A stretch of DNA of 64,000 nt from an uncultured Candidatus Binatia bacterium (GCA_965218425.1 OZ244621.1:1792001-1856000), one strand, 5' to 3'; positions 29,531 to 40,173 are shown, numbered from the stretch's first letter. The notes: generated by a model from the letters alone, not told the origin. Program-made: numbers and translations.

Positions 29531-30265
29531 TCAGTGTTCCTCGACGCGATGGATGGCCCCGCTTGGTAGGGCGCTCATGAGTTTTTCGAAAGCCTGATTC
29601 AAATAATCCTTTTCTTTGGATTCTAGGGTGAGTTTTACTTTGTAATTCGGATCCCCCAACACTGGATAAGAGCCCAGGCCTATATGGGGATAAGAGGCCT
29701 GCAGTTGGTTGAGGGTCGAAGCGATGGACCCTTCGTTCTCCTTTACGTAGATAACTTTAAGGTGGAAAGGGATGTCCCTGAACCGGTCCTTGATTGCGCG
29801 AAACTGATCGTAGAAGATCTTTGGGATCCCCGGAAAGATGTAGACGTTACGAAATTTGGTGACGGGCATGTACATAAATTCCAATTCGATGAGCTCCGAA
29901 CCCTCTGGAACCTCGGCCAGGCGTAGTCTGGCTTCGTTGATGTTCTTCCCATGGCGGGCATGGAGGCGCCGTTCCAGGTCCGGGTGTCGAACGACTTTAA
30001 CTCCAAAGCCATGAGCGATTCCGGCCATGGTGACGTCATCATGGGTGGGACCCACCCCGCCCGTGGTGAAGACAAAATCCCATTTTTTCGCAAAGTCCGC
30101 GGCCTCCTCGCCAATGAGGTGGATCTCATCCGGAACGACTGTGACCCGCCGAACGTCTACTCCAAGGGAACGTAGCTCGGTGCAGAGAAAATAAGAGTTG
30201 CTGTCCTGGGTTTTGCCCGAGAGGATCTCATTGCCGATGATTATGATGCCTGCCATCTTGGACAT
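29531..30265 (-). CDS. CinA-like molybdopterin-binding-domain protein (FAD/ADP-ribose pyrophosphatase type)
   Basis: IIGNEILSG.TQD.N, TGGVGPTHDDVT, PGIP and GSYP motifs. Confidence 0.88.
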   Translation of the reverse strand: MSKMAGIIIIGNEILSGKTQDSNSYFLCTELRSLGVDVRRVTVVPDEIHLIGEEAADFAKKWDFVFTTGGVGPTHDDVTMAGIAHGFGVKVVRHPDLERRLHARHGKNINEARLRLAEVPEGSELIELEFMYMPVTKFRNVYIFPGIPKIFYDQFRAIKDRFRDIPFHLKVIYVKENEGSIASTLNQLQASYPHIGLGSYPVLGDPNYKVKLTLESKEKDYLNQAFEKLMSALPSGAIHRVEEH

Positions 30266-30772
30266 GAAAATGGCCTTGTTCGTGAAACTCGTGAACTATA
30301 CACTAAAAATCCGGCTTAGTACCAGGATTGAAGCTGAGGGTTTATTGAAGGCGCCGGCTAAGTATCGAATTCGGAGCAGCTCTGAAAGTAACCACACTCT
30401 AGGTTCGAGCAAACAAATCGGCATTTCCGGTTCATCAATTTGGAGCTGCATACTGGACAGAAATCCCACCAGTTGTCTTGTCGTTTCTCGGTTGTTTCGG
30501 GCTCGTCCATGAATTTAGTCCACGATTCAACGCTACTTACGAATGCGGATGACAGTCCCCAACGGTGATGGACAGCTCACCACGAGGCTGTTTCGTTACG
30601 TGCTCGGCGGATGGAGCGAGCGAGGAGAGGGCAACGGCCCCAAGGAGCACCAGCAAGATCCAAAGATACCTCATACTTTGGGGGGATTGTACACCGTGGG
30701 CAGCACCTAAGACAACCAAAAAGTTGTCAGCCGTTGAAGTTGTGTGACCTCCCGTAATATATTGGTCTGCCC

Positions 30773-31735
30773 GTGTCAGAGACTATGGTTCAAATTGAGC
30801 GCTTGAGGAAGTCTTATGGGGCCATCGTTGCCCTTGATGACATCTCTCTCGAGATCGAAAAGGGAAGAATTTTCGGCCTTTTGGGGCCCAATGGTGCAGG
30901 CAAAACCACTACGGTGAAGATCCTGACTACCCTGGCACGTCCCGACAGCGGTGGGGTTAGAGTGGCAGGAGTGGATGTAAGGGAGGACCCCGCCAAGGTG
31001 CGAAGCCTCATCGGTTATGTGCCTCAAGAGTTGACGGTGGATCCCTATCTCACGGTCCGCGAGCATCTAAAATACTATGGTGACCTTTATCATCTATCCT
31101 CTTCGGTGAGGGAGGCCCATGTGAGCGAGCTGTTGGAGTTGTTGGGACTGGTGGGCTCTGAGGATAGGCGAGTCAAATATTTTTCCGGTGGCATGAAGAA
31201 AAAGCTGGACTTGGCCTGTGGTCTGATACACCGCCCGCCCCTGATTCTCCTGGATGAGCCTTCCCTGGGATTGGATGTTCACGTGCGTAGGGAGGTGTGG
31301 AATTATATCCTGGGGCTCAGGGATCGGGGAACAACCATTTTTCTCTGCACGAATTACATGGACGAGGCAGAGCACCTGTGTGATGAGCTTGCCATTATCG
31401 ACCGGGGAAAGATTGTGGTAACGGGTGCCCCCAGTGATCTCCGGGGCCGGCTCAGGAGGGATGTGGTCTCGATTGAGGTGGAGGGAAGGGACAAAGACCA
31501 TACGGGCGCCATTAAGAGCATGGAAGCTTCCTTGTCCCGACTGCAGGGCGTGCAAGGTACCGCTGCACATGGCACTGTGCTCAAGGTTTATGTGGAGAGT
31601 GACGATACGGTGCTGCTGAAAATCCTTGAAGCCGTTCGGGAAGCCAGTGTTCCGATTCACTCCATCACCCATAGCCGGCCAGGCTTGGACGAGGTGTTTC
31701 TCCACCATACGGGGCACCCCTTGGAGGAAAGTTAG
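30773..31735 (+). CDS. ABC exporter ATP-binding protein (DrrA-like)
   Basis: GPNGAGKTT, FSGGM, LDEP and LDEVF motifs. Confidence 0.92.
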   Translation: MSETMVQIERLRKSYGAIVALDDISLEIEKGRIFGLLGPNGAGKTTTVKILTTLARPDSGGVRVAGVDVREDPAKVRSLIGYVPQELTVDPYLTVREHLKYYGDLYHLSSSVREAHVSELLELLGLVGSEDRRVKYFSGGMKKKLDLACGLIHRPPLILLDEPSLGLDVHVRREVWNYILGLRDRGTTIFLCTNYMDEAEHLCDELAIIDRGKIVVTGAPSDLRGRLRRDVVSIEVEGRDKDHTGAIKSMEASLSRLQGVQGTAAHGTVLKVYVESDDTVLLKILEAVREASVPIHSITHSRPGLDEVFLHHTGHPLEES

Positions 31736-31741
31736 ATCATC

Positions 31742-32506
31742 ATGCTTGAGTTTCTACAAGAAACCAAAGCGCAATTGGTGCGCTGGCTGATCCGGCTACG
31801 ACGCGAACCTTTCAGTGTGGCCTTCAACTTGGTTAACCCAGTGATCCTGCTTATTTTTATGGGCGGCGCCTTTCAAGGTCTCATGGGTGACTCCATCGTG
31901 GGAGGGTATCGTGGCTATCTCATGGCGGGGGTTTTGGCGTTGACGGCATTTGGCAATAGTATGGGAGGGGGGATCGCCCTGCTTTTTGACAAGGAGAATG
32001 GGTTTTTGTCGCGTTTGATGAGTGCGCCGATTTCACGGGGTTCCATTCTCGTTGGCCGGTTTCTGGCGGTGAATATCAATACCCTGGTTCAATGTCTTCT
32101 CATTCTAATCTTGGGCCTTTTCTTTGGCGTCCGAATTGCGACTGGGGTTAGCGGGGTCTTTGCCGTTCTACTCATAAGTGTGCTTCTTGGGTTTGGAGTG
32201 ACCGTGATCTCTTTAGTTCTTGCATTTGTTGTGGACAGTCACGGAGATTTTTTTGCGGTGATGGGTATCACGGTGCTGCCCCTTACCTTTCTTTCGAGTG
32301 CCTTCGTGCCTCTTGAATCGATGCCTGCGTGGATGAGGATGCTGGCGTGGGTGAATCCTGTGACCTACGCAGTGGATGGGATGCGGTCGTTGATCCTTAG
32401 CGGGTGGAACGGTCCTTCCTTGCTGCGTATTGTGATCGGGCTCCTTGTCTTTGACGTAGTGATGTTTTTGCTCGGGAGTAGGGTCCTGCGCCGACACCTC
32501 GCATAG
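31742..32506 (+). CDS. ABC-2 type permease
   Basis: DKE.GFL, P.TFLS..F.P and NPVTYAVD motifs. Confidence 0.92.
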   Translation: MLEFLQETKAQLVRWLIRLRREPFSVAFNLVNPVILLIFMGGAFQGLMGDSIVGGYRGYLMAGVLALTAFGNSMGGGIALLFDKENGFLSRLMSAPISRGSILVGRFLAVNINTLVQCLLILILGLFFGVRIATGVSGVFAVLLISVLLGFGVTVISLVLAFVVDSHGDFFAVMGITVLPLTFLSSAFVPLESMPAWMRMLAWVNPVTYAVDGMRSLILSGWNGPSLLRIVIGLLVFDVVMFLLGSRVLRRHLA

Positions 32507-32743
32507 ATCCCGTAACTCACGCTTCACGGCTGGTTAAATTACCATTCAATTGAGGATCAGCCCATAAAATTGATAAACTAAGCCGCCTTTTCGCGTGGGG
32601 CAAAAGGGAAAAGGAGGAAACAGGAAGAAAGTCATTTTCGCTCCACTGCTTGTAGCCTTGCTTATGGGGACTTTATGATAGGTTGCCATGGAATTTTAAA
32701 AGGGAAGGGAAAAACTTAACTGAGTTTGCTGTGAAATACCCTA

Positions 32744-33340
32744 TCAATGACCCTGGCGTCTCATCTCAAATCTGCTTTCCGCTCCGGATAGGATTCGTTG
32801 GATATTTTCCCGATGGCGCACAATAATGAGTAAGGCCATAAACAGGCTCATCCAGATGTAGGAGGGCTCATGGGTGAAGTACCAAAAGAGCGGTGGGGCT
32901 AATGCCGCTGCGCAGATAGAACCGAGAGAGACCCAACGGGTGGCCAGGACAATGACCAAGAATGCCAGGGCGAGGTACCCGGCGATCAAAGGATCGAGAC
33001 CCGTGAGACACCCCAGTGCGGTAGCAACACCTTTCCCACCCTTAAATTTAAGAAACACCGGATAGAGATGGCCCAGGAAGGCTGCCAGAGCTGTCAGGAC
33101 GGAGATTTCAGGGTCAAAATCCGTCTGAACGGTGAGGAATACGGGTATGAAACCCTTACCCGCATCGGCCAAGAGGGTAACTAGTCCTGCCTTCCAGCCC
33201 ACTACTCTGCCCACGTTGGTGGCGCCAATATTGCCACTTCCCGCCCCACGAATATCGATTCCGGATACGGAGCTAAGAATGTAACCGGTTGGCACGGAAC
33301 CAATGAGGTAGGCAAGAACCAGGATCCATATGGAATGCAT
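32744..33340 (-). CDS. plsY: Acyl-phosphate glycerol-3-phosphate acyltransferase
   Basis: YLIGS, GSGNIGATN, GH.YP...F.GGKGVAT and RHRENI motifs. Confidence 0.96.
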   Translation of the reverse strand: MHSIWILVLAYLIGSVPTGYILSSVSGIDIRGAGSGNIGATNVGRVVGWKAGLVTLLADAGKGFIPVFLTVQTDFDPEISVLTALAAFLGHLYPVFLKFKGGKGVATALGCLTGLDPLIAGYLALAFLVIVLATRWVSLGSICAAALAPPLFWYFTHEPSYIWMSLFMALLIIVRHRENIQRILSGAESRFEMRRQGH

Positions 33341-33358
33341 CTGTGTTAGTGGCGCGCC

Positions 33359-34063
33359 CTAAAAACGGAGCCTTGTCCTTTTGATGCGATCCCTTCGCAA
33401 ATAATAGTTTCCCCCGAGGATCCAGCCTAAGATAAAAATGCAGCTGGGGGCTAGGATCCATCTCAGAATTCTCCAAAATCTCCATTGACCCCTTTGGACG
33501 GGAGTGGTTGTTTCGATCTCGCGGGGTGCCACTGCGAGAGTCTCGGGAGGAGAACTTTCACTTTCAAGCAGGTTCGCCGGGGCTTCTTGTACCGGAACCT
33601 CTGCTTGAGTTTCTACAGGAGTGAGCGCGGGCTCTTGCGGCTGTTCTGAGACGGGCTTTTGCCCATCGGTATCGGGTTGAGATTGCGGGGTGGATTCTTC
33701 TAGGGAGACTTCCATGGTGGGCGTTGGCAGGGTGCCCTCGGTAGCCGTCTCTAACGGTTCTTCTTTTCCTGGAAGAAATCGGACGAACTCGGCATAAACG
33801 TAACCCTTCAAGCCATCGGGCAGGGAGACCTGGTACCAACTCCCCTCCAGCTTCTCTACTTTGACTTCTTCCCCGTTGTTGAGGATGGTGACGGGGGGGT
33901 GGCTGATACTCGGCCCGGAGCGTAGATTGACCTGACTGGCCCCGGCAACCTTTGCCCACCTTTCAGTCGTTTCGGTCAGAGCCTGACCTTTGGACGGGAA
34001 AAAGGTGAGGAGCAGGATAAGAGAAAGAAAGCCCACACTCGAGTTTAAGCAGGCTGCAGCCAC
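33359..34063 (-). CDS. SH3b-domain membrane protein
   Basis: Signal peptide, VNLRSGP...WYQV....G..GYV, P/E-rich linker and C-terminal TM. Start uncertain. Confidence 0.8.
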   Translation of the reverse strand: MAAACLNSSVGFLSLILLLTFFPSKGQALTETTERWAKVAGASQVNLRSGPSISHPPVTILNNGEEVKVEKLEGSWYQVSLPDGLKGYVYAEFVRFLPGKEEPLETATEGTLPTPTMEVSLEESTPQSQPDTDGQKPVSEQPQEPALTPVETQAEVPVQEAPANLLESESSPPETLAVAPREIETTTPVQRGQWRFWRILRWILAPSCIFILGWILGGNYYLRRDRIKRTRLRF

Positions 34064-34097
34064 GTTAAATAGTCGTTTGTCGGGAGAGGGACTAGGC

Positions 34098-35195
34098 CTA
34101 AGAATTCTTCTTATAAACCTCCGGGTCCATCTGACTTTTGATCCCTGACTTGGCCAGTTCCTCTTCAAACATCCGCCTGATGGACGGGTCCTGGTCGCAA
34201 TATTCGATTTGATCCCCACCCGCTTTCACGTCTTTGTCCACTTTGGAGATATCACCAAACATCCCCGGCCCCATGCTGTGTTTGATGGCGCCGAAACGGA
34301 GCGGAAGGTAGCGGGCCGGAGTCGATGACGTATTGAAATGTTGGTGAAACCACATTTCGGGAGGGACGAACACGCTGCCGTCCTTCCAATCACACCTCTT
34401 GATGGTCTTGCCTTCCTGCCACAGCAGAGAGAATCCCCTACCTCCGATGATGATGACGTTGAATCCCGGACCATGGCGGTGTGCTTTTTTATACGTGCCC
34501 ACTGGAAACTCCGAGATATGGGCAGCCATAACCCCGTCCGCCAATTCCAACATGACATTCTTGCCGGCTGCGCCGCGCTCTTTCCATTCTTGGAGCTTGA
34601 AACTCCGGGCGTCGGAAATAAAGTTGGTTTCCCAAATTCGGCCCGGGTGGGAGGTGCCTTTTCCGCTGAAATAATCGGCCTCTCCGTTGAAGCGGTCGGT
34701 AAAATCGAAAGGCGTGTTGTAGATAAACCCGTCGTTATGGAAGAGGTTGAAGATGATGGGCATGTTGTTGACGGAGAAGAACCGTGCGGGTTCGCCTCCT
34801 TGCCCGTTGAAATGCTGATGGGACGTGTTGAGCGGTATGGAAACCAGGCTTCCTTCCTGCCACTCAAAAGTCTGTTTAGCCCCCTTGTCATTCCAGAGGG
34901 TCGTGGCACCGCGCCCCCGTACCACGTAGAGGAGCTCCTCAAAAATATGTCTGATGGGTTTGGTGCTCTTCCCGGGTGCGATTTCGCAAATGTAAGAGCC
35001 CGTGGCCTGCCCCGCCCCTTCCATATTTACAAACGCTGCCGGTTGGCCGATTCGGTCCCATTGGTCCAAGGGGACCTCTTTTAGGTCGGGGATAAAAAAG
35101 GAATCAAGGATGGGAATCCCTTCCTTTTTTTGCCACTTTTCATAGTAAGGGACGCTGTCCATGATGCTTTCGGTTTTAGCAGCCGGCTTAGCCAT
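34098..35195 (-). CDS. Bicupin-domain protein (gentisate-dioxygenase-like fold)
   Basis: RHIFEE..HQHFN and AHRHG..WFHQHFN metal motifs; RBS GGAGG. Confidence 0.8.
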   Translation of the reverse strand: MAKPAAKTESIMDSVPYYEKWQKKEGIPILDSFFIPDLKEVPLDQWDRIGQPAAFVNMEGAGQATGSYICEIAPGKSTKPIRHIFEELLYVVRGRGATTLWNDKGAKQTFEWQEGSLVSIPLNTSHQHFNGQGGEPARFFSVNNMPIIFNLFHNDGFIYNTPFDFTDRFNGEADYFSGKGTSHPGRIWETNFISDARSFKLQEWKERGAAGKNVMLELADGVMAAHISEFPVGTYKKAHRHGPGFNVIIIGGRGFSLLWQEGKTIKRCDWKDGSVFVPPEMWFHQHFNTSSTPARYLPLRFGAIKHSMGPGMFGDISKVDKDVKAGGDQIEYCDQDPSIRRMFEEELAKSGIKSQMDPEVYKKNS

Positions 35196-35348
35196 TTTAT
35201 CCTCCAATTTCAGTTACCTCATATCGCAGAACAGGGGCAAAAGCAAGGCGAGGAACGGTCGGCTATTTGACAACACATGGAAACTATTACTATATAGCAG
35301 ATGTCCTCGCTCGAGTGGCAGCCAACCGGATTCCAAGGAGATAATAAA

Positions 35349-35564
35349 TTGGCAAGTTCCGTTGAAGCGCCCATGGTTGGGAAAATCTTTAAAATCGAAA
35401 AACAAGTGGGAGACGCCGTGGAGGAGGACGATGTGGTGATTGTGATGGAGGCCATGAAAATGGAAATACCCGTAGTGGCCTCGAGCTCTGGCAAGATCAA
35501 AGAGATTAAAGTCTCCACCGGGCAGGCTGTGGAGGCAGGGGATATCTTGGCTGAGATCGATTAG
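35349..35564 (+). CDS. Biotin carboxyl carrier subunit
   Basis: EAMKME motif; TTG start after AAGGAG. Confidence 0.9.
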   Translation: MASSVEAPMVGKIFKIEKQVGDAVEEDDVVIVMEAMKMEIPVVASSSGKIKEIKVSTGQAVEAGDILAEID

Positions 35565-35599
35565 CAATCTTTCCGTTGCTTGGCGGTTGTAGGGAAGAG

Positions 35600-35740
35600 A
35601 TGGACATCTGGACCTTTGGATTGACGGTGGCCCTGGTGGGCGGGGGCGGGACGGTGGCGGTCCTGTGGCTATTGAGTGTCCTTGTGCTGCTGCTCAAGAA
35701 GGTCTTTCCGGCTTCGGAACCCCCCTCCAAAAAAGGTTGA
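35600..35740 (+). CDS. OadG/GcdD-like small membrane subunit of the Na+-pumping decarboxylase (46 aa)
   Basis: Not in the ORF track. MDIWTFGLTVALVGGGGTVAVLWLLSVLVLLLKKVFPASEPPSKKG, a single TM helix between the biotin carrier and beta subunit genes. Confidence 0.75.
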   Translation: MDIWTFGLTVALVGGGGTVAVLWLLSVLVLLLKKVFPASEPPSKKG

Positions 35741-35945
35741 CCCCGATCCGGCAAAACTAGGCGGGCTATATGGAATCTTGGGCCAGACATTTCGGCCGTC
35801 GCCGGTATTTTGATTGTAAGACCGTAATTACACTGAAGGTGAACTATCCATTTTTGAACAAACAGATCTGGAGCCCCATCCAATGCCTAGTGGGGAATGA
35901 TTTCTTGAACCGATTAACGTCGGATCGGGGTTAAAAAAACGATTC

Positions 35946-37085
35946 ATGGAAGAGGCGATCCTCTCTGGAATTCAGGGTCTATTCGACGGCATTTTGCACC
36001 TCGAGTTAGGTCAAGTCATCATGCTGCTCATCGGGTCCCTGCTGCTGTTTCTCGGGATCCGCAAGGGTTTTGAACCCTTGCTCCTTGTCCCCATCGGATT
36101 TGGCGCCATTCTGGTTAATATCCCTTTGGCGGGTCTTATGGAGGAAGACGGCATGCTCCGTTTCTTCTACAACACCGGGATCCGTACCGAGATCTTCCCC
36201 ATCCTCATTTTTATAGGCATTGGTGCCATGACGGATTTCGGCCCGCTGCTTGAGAATCCCAAAATTATTCTTCTCGGCGCCGCGGGACAGTTTGGCATCT
36301 TTCTTACGTTGCTGTTGGCGTTGGCTGTGGGATTTAACAAACTGGATGCGGTGGCAGTAGCCATCATCGGCGCTTGTGACGGACCCACGGCCATCTATGT
36401 AAGCTCGAAGTACGCCCCCCATCTCCTTGGGGCCGTTTCTGTGGCGGCTTATTCTTATATGTCTTTGGTTCCCTTAATTCAGCCGCCCATAATGCGGCTC
36501 CTCACCACCCAGCGGGAAAAGACGATTATCATGGGCATGGAACGACGGCCGGTATCAAAGACTACCAAGATCCTTTTCCCCGTCGTGGTGACGGTGGCGG
36601 CCTCTCTAATTGCCCCCAAGGGGACACCCCTCATTGGAATGCTCATGTTGGGAAACCTCCTTCGTGAGTCGGGCGTGGTGGAACGGTTAAGACATACTTC
36701 CGAAAACGAGATCACCAACATCGTGACCCTCCTTCTAGGTCTCTCCATTGGGGCCACCATGGAGGCCGATCAGTTCCTGAAATGGCAAACCATCACGGTG
36801 CTGATCCTGGGCTTCATTGCCATAGCACTGGACACCGTCATGGGAGTCCTGTTTGGCAAGCTGATGTGCTTTCTCACTCGAGGCAAGATCAATCCGCTGA
36901 TTGGCGCGGCAGGGATCTCTGCCTTTCCCATGGCGGCGCGGGTGGTGCAGTTTGAGGGACAGAGGTACAATAAGAAGAATCATCTTTTGATGCATGCCAT
37001 GAGCGCAAATGCGGGGGGACAGATCGGATCTGTGATCGCCGCGGCCATCATGCTTTCAGTACTGACAGGGATGGGGATCATTTGA
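35946..37085 (+). CDS. Na+-translocating decarboxylase beta subunit (OadB/GcdB/MmdB family)
   Basis: EPLLLVPIGFG, GAMTDFGP, IIGACDGPTAI, AAYSYMSLVP.IQPP and NPLIGAAGISA motifs. Confidence 0.95.
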   Translation: MEEAILSGIQGLFDGILHLELGQVIMLLIGSLLLFLGIRKGFEPLLLVPIGFGAILVNIPLAGLMEEDGMLRFFYNTGIRTEIFPILIFIGIGAMTDFGPLLENPKIILLGAAGQFGIFLTLLLALAVGFNKLDAVAVAIIGACDGPTAIYVSSKYAPHLLGAVSVAAYSYMSLVPLIQPPIMRLLTTQREKTIIMGMERRPVSKTTKILFPVVVTVAASLIAPKGTPLIGMLMLGNLLRESGVVERLRHTSENEITNIVTLLLGLSIGATMEADQFLKWQTITVLILGFIAIALDTVMGVLFGKLMCFLTRGKINPLIGAAGISAFPMAARVVQFEGQRYNKKNHLLMHAMSANAGGQIGSVIAAAIMLSVLTGMGII

Positions 37086-37107
37086 AGCCGTGACCAGTGA
37101 GTGGATC

Positions 37108-38655
37108 ATGGAAAGTCGTGAATTAGAAAAAAAACTTTCCCAAATGGAAAAGAAAGTCTTGGAAGGAGATCCTAAGGCTGTAGAAAAACAACACGATGAG
37201 GGCAAGCTCACCGCCAGGGAGAGGATCGAAATTTTGTTGGATCCGGGGAGTTTCGTTGAGGAGTTCATGTTAGCGGAGACCCAGTGCAGCGACTTTGGGA
37301 TGGCGGAAAAGAGACGGCCCACGGATGGAGTGGTGGCGGGTTACGGCAAGATAGAGCAACGGGCGGTCTATGTTTTTGCCCAAGACCGTACGGTGCTGGC
37401 GGGAGCGGTGGGCAGTGCCCACGCCGAAAAGATTGCCTATGTGATCCAGACGGCGCGTCGGCTCGGCGTTCCACTTGTTGGCCTATACGATTCCGTTGGA
37501 GCTCGGATACAAGAAGGGCTTAGCGTGACAACGGCCATTGGAAAGATCTTTTTCGAAAACAGTATTACGTCCGGGGCCGTTCCCCAGATCTCGGCAATTA
37601 TGGGTCCTTGCATTGGGGTGGCCTCCTACGCGCCGGCCCTCACGGACTTCGTGGTCATGGTGCAGGGGACTAGCCAGATGTTCATCACAGGGCCCCCGGT
37701 GATCAAGGAAGTTCTTGGGGAAGAGGTTACCATGGAGGAGTTGGGTGGAGCGAAGATCCACTCCGAAGTCTCCGGAGTAGCAGATTTGATAGCCAAGAAC
37801 GATCAGGATTGTCTGGCCCTGCTTCGCAGGCTGTTGAGTTTTCTTCCGTCCAATTGCCAATCGAGCCCACCCTCGAATGGCTCACGGCAGGATTCAGGCC
37901 GCCTTCTCGAAGGTATCGCCAAGATCGTTCCAGAAGACATGCGTAAGGCCTACAACGTCCTTCAGGTCATAAAGGCCATTGTCGATAACGGTGATTTTCT
38001 CGAGCTCAAGGGAAAGTTTGCGCGCAATTTGGTAATAGGGTTGGGACGGCTCGACGGTTTTCCGGTGGGTTTCGTGGCGAACCAACCTATGTTTCTCGCC
38101 GGCAGTCTTGACGTGGACGCCTCGGATAAGGCTGCGCGCTTTATCCGTTTTTGCGACGCATTTAACATTCCCATTGTCACCTTGATGGATGTCCCGGGAT
38201 TCTTTCCAGGAAAGCAACAGGAGGAGAGGGGAATCATTCGTCACGGGGCAAAACTCCTGTACGCCTATGCGGAAGCCACGGTGCCGAAGACTACCGTTGT
38301 GCTTCGCAAGGGCTACGGAGGAGCCAAGCAAGCCATGTGTACCCGCGAGATGGGTGCCGACCAGTTCTTCGTATGGCCGGGAGTGGAGTTGGCAGTGATG
38401 GGTGGAGGAGGTGCGGTGAACGTTATCTATCGCCGGGAGATCCAGGAATCAAAGGACCCGGAAAAGACGAGACGTGAAAAGATGGAGGAGTATGCACAGA
38501 GATTTAGCGGCCCCTTCGAAGCCCTGTCTAAGCAGTTTGCCCACGCAGCCATTCGACCAGAAGAGACGCGGACCCGTTTGATACAGGCTTTCGAAGTCCT
38601 TCGTGAAAAGAAGGAGGAGAGGCCGAAGAAGAAACACGGGTTAATGCCGGTCTAA
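37108..38655 (+). CDS. Acyl-CoA carboxyltransferase subunit (MmdA/PccB family)
   Basis: GKLTARERI..LLD.GSF, GARIQEG, FITGP, DVPGF and KKHG.MP motifs. Confidence 0.92.
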   Translation: MESRELEKKLSQMEKKVLEGDPKAVEKQHDEGKLTARERIEILLDPGSFVEEFMLAETQCSDFGMAEKRRPTDGVVAGYGKIEQRAVYVFAQDRTVLAGAVGSAHAEKIAYVIQTARRLGVPLVGLYDSVGARIQEGLSVTTAIGKIFFENSITSGAVPQISAIMGPCIGVASYAPALTDFVVMVQGTSQMFITGPPVIKEVLGEEVTMEELGGAKIHSEVSGVADLIAKNDQDCLALLRRLLSFLPSNCQSSPPSNGSRQDSGRLLEGIAKIVPEDMRKAYNVLQVIKAIVDNGDFLELKGKFARNLVIGLGRLDGFPVGFVANQPMFLAGSLDVDASDKAARFIRFCDAFNIPIVTLMDVPGFFPGKQQEERGIIRHGAKLLYAYAEATVPKTTVVLRKGYGGAKQAMCTREMGADQFFVWPGVELAVMGGGGAVNVIYRREIQESKDPEKTRREKMEEYAQRFSGPFEALSKQFAHAAIRPEETRTRLIQAFEVLREKKEERPKKKHGLMPV

Positions 38656-38884
38656 ACGCGGCTAAATCGTTCTCTAATAACTTAACCGCAGAGTTGTGCC
38701 GATTTTTGTAGATACTTGGCAGCAATGAGCATAGCGTATAGCGTCCTTGCGGGTTCGGAACCACTGACTACCGACTACAGAATTTAGAAAGACAGTAAGC
38801 AATCAGCGGTTGCTTATCTGCGTGAATCCGCGGTTAGTAGCTTTGACGCTTTACCGCAGTTCTTTGCCAAGACTTTATAGATGG

Positions 38885-39307
38885 TCACTTTGGAGTCGAC
38901 TCGCTTTTGGGTCGGGTAATGATGGCAAGCCGATGAAGACCGGCCGTTCGTGCCTGATCCATGACCCAAACCACCGTGCCATGCGTGATCCGTTCATCGG
39001 CTTGGATGAGGACCTGAATCTCATCGTTTAATTGTGCCACTTCTGCGAGGTGTTTCGCCAGGTCGTCTCTTTGCACGGGCTTCTCGTTGATATAGAGCCG
39101 TTTGTCAGAGGTAATGACGATGCGCAGATCCTTTTCTTGACGCGCGATCTCTTGGGCGGTGGATTTGGGCAGGTTCACTCGAATCCCTGGGGTTGAAATA
39201 AAATTTAGGGACAGGGCAAAAAAGATCAGTAAATTAAAAACCGTATCCACAAAGGGAGCGATGTCTATGAAGCTGCCTTGGGTCTTCTGCGGGGTTCGAA
39301 AGCGCAT
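38885..39307 (-). CDS. exbD: ExbD/TolR-family protein
   Basis: IAPFVDTVFNLLIFF, VNLP, ADE...HG.VV.VMD motifs. Confidence 0.88.
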   Translation of the reverse strand: MRFRTPQKTQGSFIDIAPFVDTVFNLLIFFALSLNFISTPGIRVNLPKSTAQEIARQEKDLRIVITSDKRLYINEKPVQRDDLAKHLAEVAQLNDEIQVLIQADERITHGTVVWVMDQARTAGLHRLAIITRPKSESTPK

Positions 39308-39308
39308 C

Positions 39309-39923
39309 TCACTCGTTTTCGTCTTTTTGCTTGAGGAGGTCCACCAAGCGGATGGAATGCTCTTCCATTTGTAGAATAAGAGCTTGAGTTTTGCTTTGTA
39401 GGTACTTGTGCATGACAAGAGTTGGGATAGCTACGCTCAAGCCGGCGTAGGTGGTGATGAGGGCCTGCGAGATCCCGCCGGCAAGGGAGCCGGGGTTGAC
39501 CACCGTCTGAGATGAAATGACCGAGAAGATTTGAATCATGCCTGATATGGTTCCCAACAACCCTAGCAGAGTGCTGACTCCTGCAATGGTTCCCAATCCT
39601 TCTACGAACCGTTCCAGGGAGGCGCTCTCCTGGCGGCCCACTTCCTCTAGGTATTCTTTGATGACTTCCCGTTTTCTGCCGAAGTTTTTGATCCCAACCA
39701 AAAGAATTCGAGCCATGGAGGAAGTGTTTTGCTGACAAAGCAGAGCGGCGTCGGGAAGTTTTTCTCCGCGAATGAGCTGCTCGACGTCACCAATGAAATC
39801 CTGTGGGATGACGAGTTTCCATCTTAGATTCCACAATCTCTCGATAAAAATGGCTAGGGCGGTAATGGAGCAGAGGAGGATCGGATACATGAAGATCCCC
39901 CCTTTGGTGAAGAAATCGACCAT
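39309..39923 (-). CDS. exbB: ExbB/TolQ/MotA proton-channel family protein
   Basis: GG..M.PI, LLGLLGTI.GMI and GISQALITT.AGL.VAIP motifs. Confidence 0.9.
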   Translation of the reverse strand: MVDFFTKGGIFMYPILLCSITALAIFIERLWNLRWKLVIPQDFIGDVEQLIRGEKLPDAALLCQQNTSSMARILLVGIKNFGRKREVIKEYLEEVGRQESASLERFVEGLGTIAGVSTLLGLLGTISGMIQIFSVISSQTVVNPGSLAGGISQALITTYAGLSVAIPTLVMHKYLQSKTQALILQMEEHSIRLVDLLKQKDENE

Positions 39924-40173
39924 GTCTTACCTCATTGATCGCATGTTCGTAATTTATCTCAACATTTCGGTTATGGCAATAGATTAAGATGCGGTGGCAA
40001 GTCGGTTCCCGTCGAGGGGTTTGCCTCAGGGGCAGTCCTGGTACGGGTCTAAAACGCACTGCTATTTTTTAAAAGCCACAACTATTGAATCTGATGAATG
40101 AATAATAGCAGAAAGATTATGTGCTTCGCGAAATTCATTTTGAAAAAATGTTTTGTAAAATATCATTTTTTTC

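Noticed and set aside
30537..30719. Small hydrophobic ORF
   Set aside because: Has a signal-like stretch but no recognisable RBS or family support.
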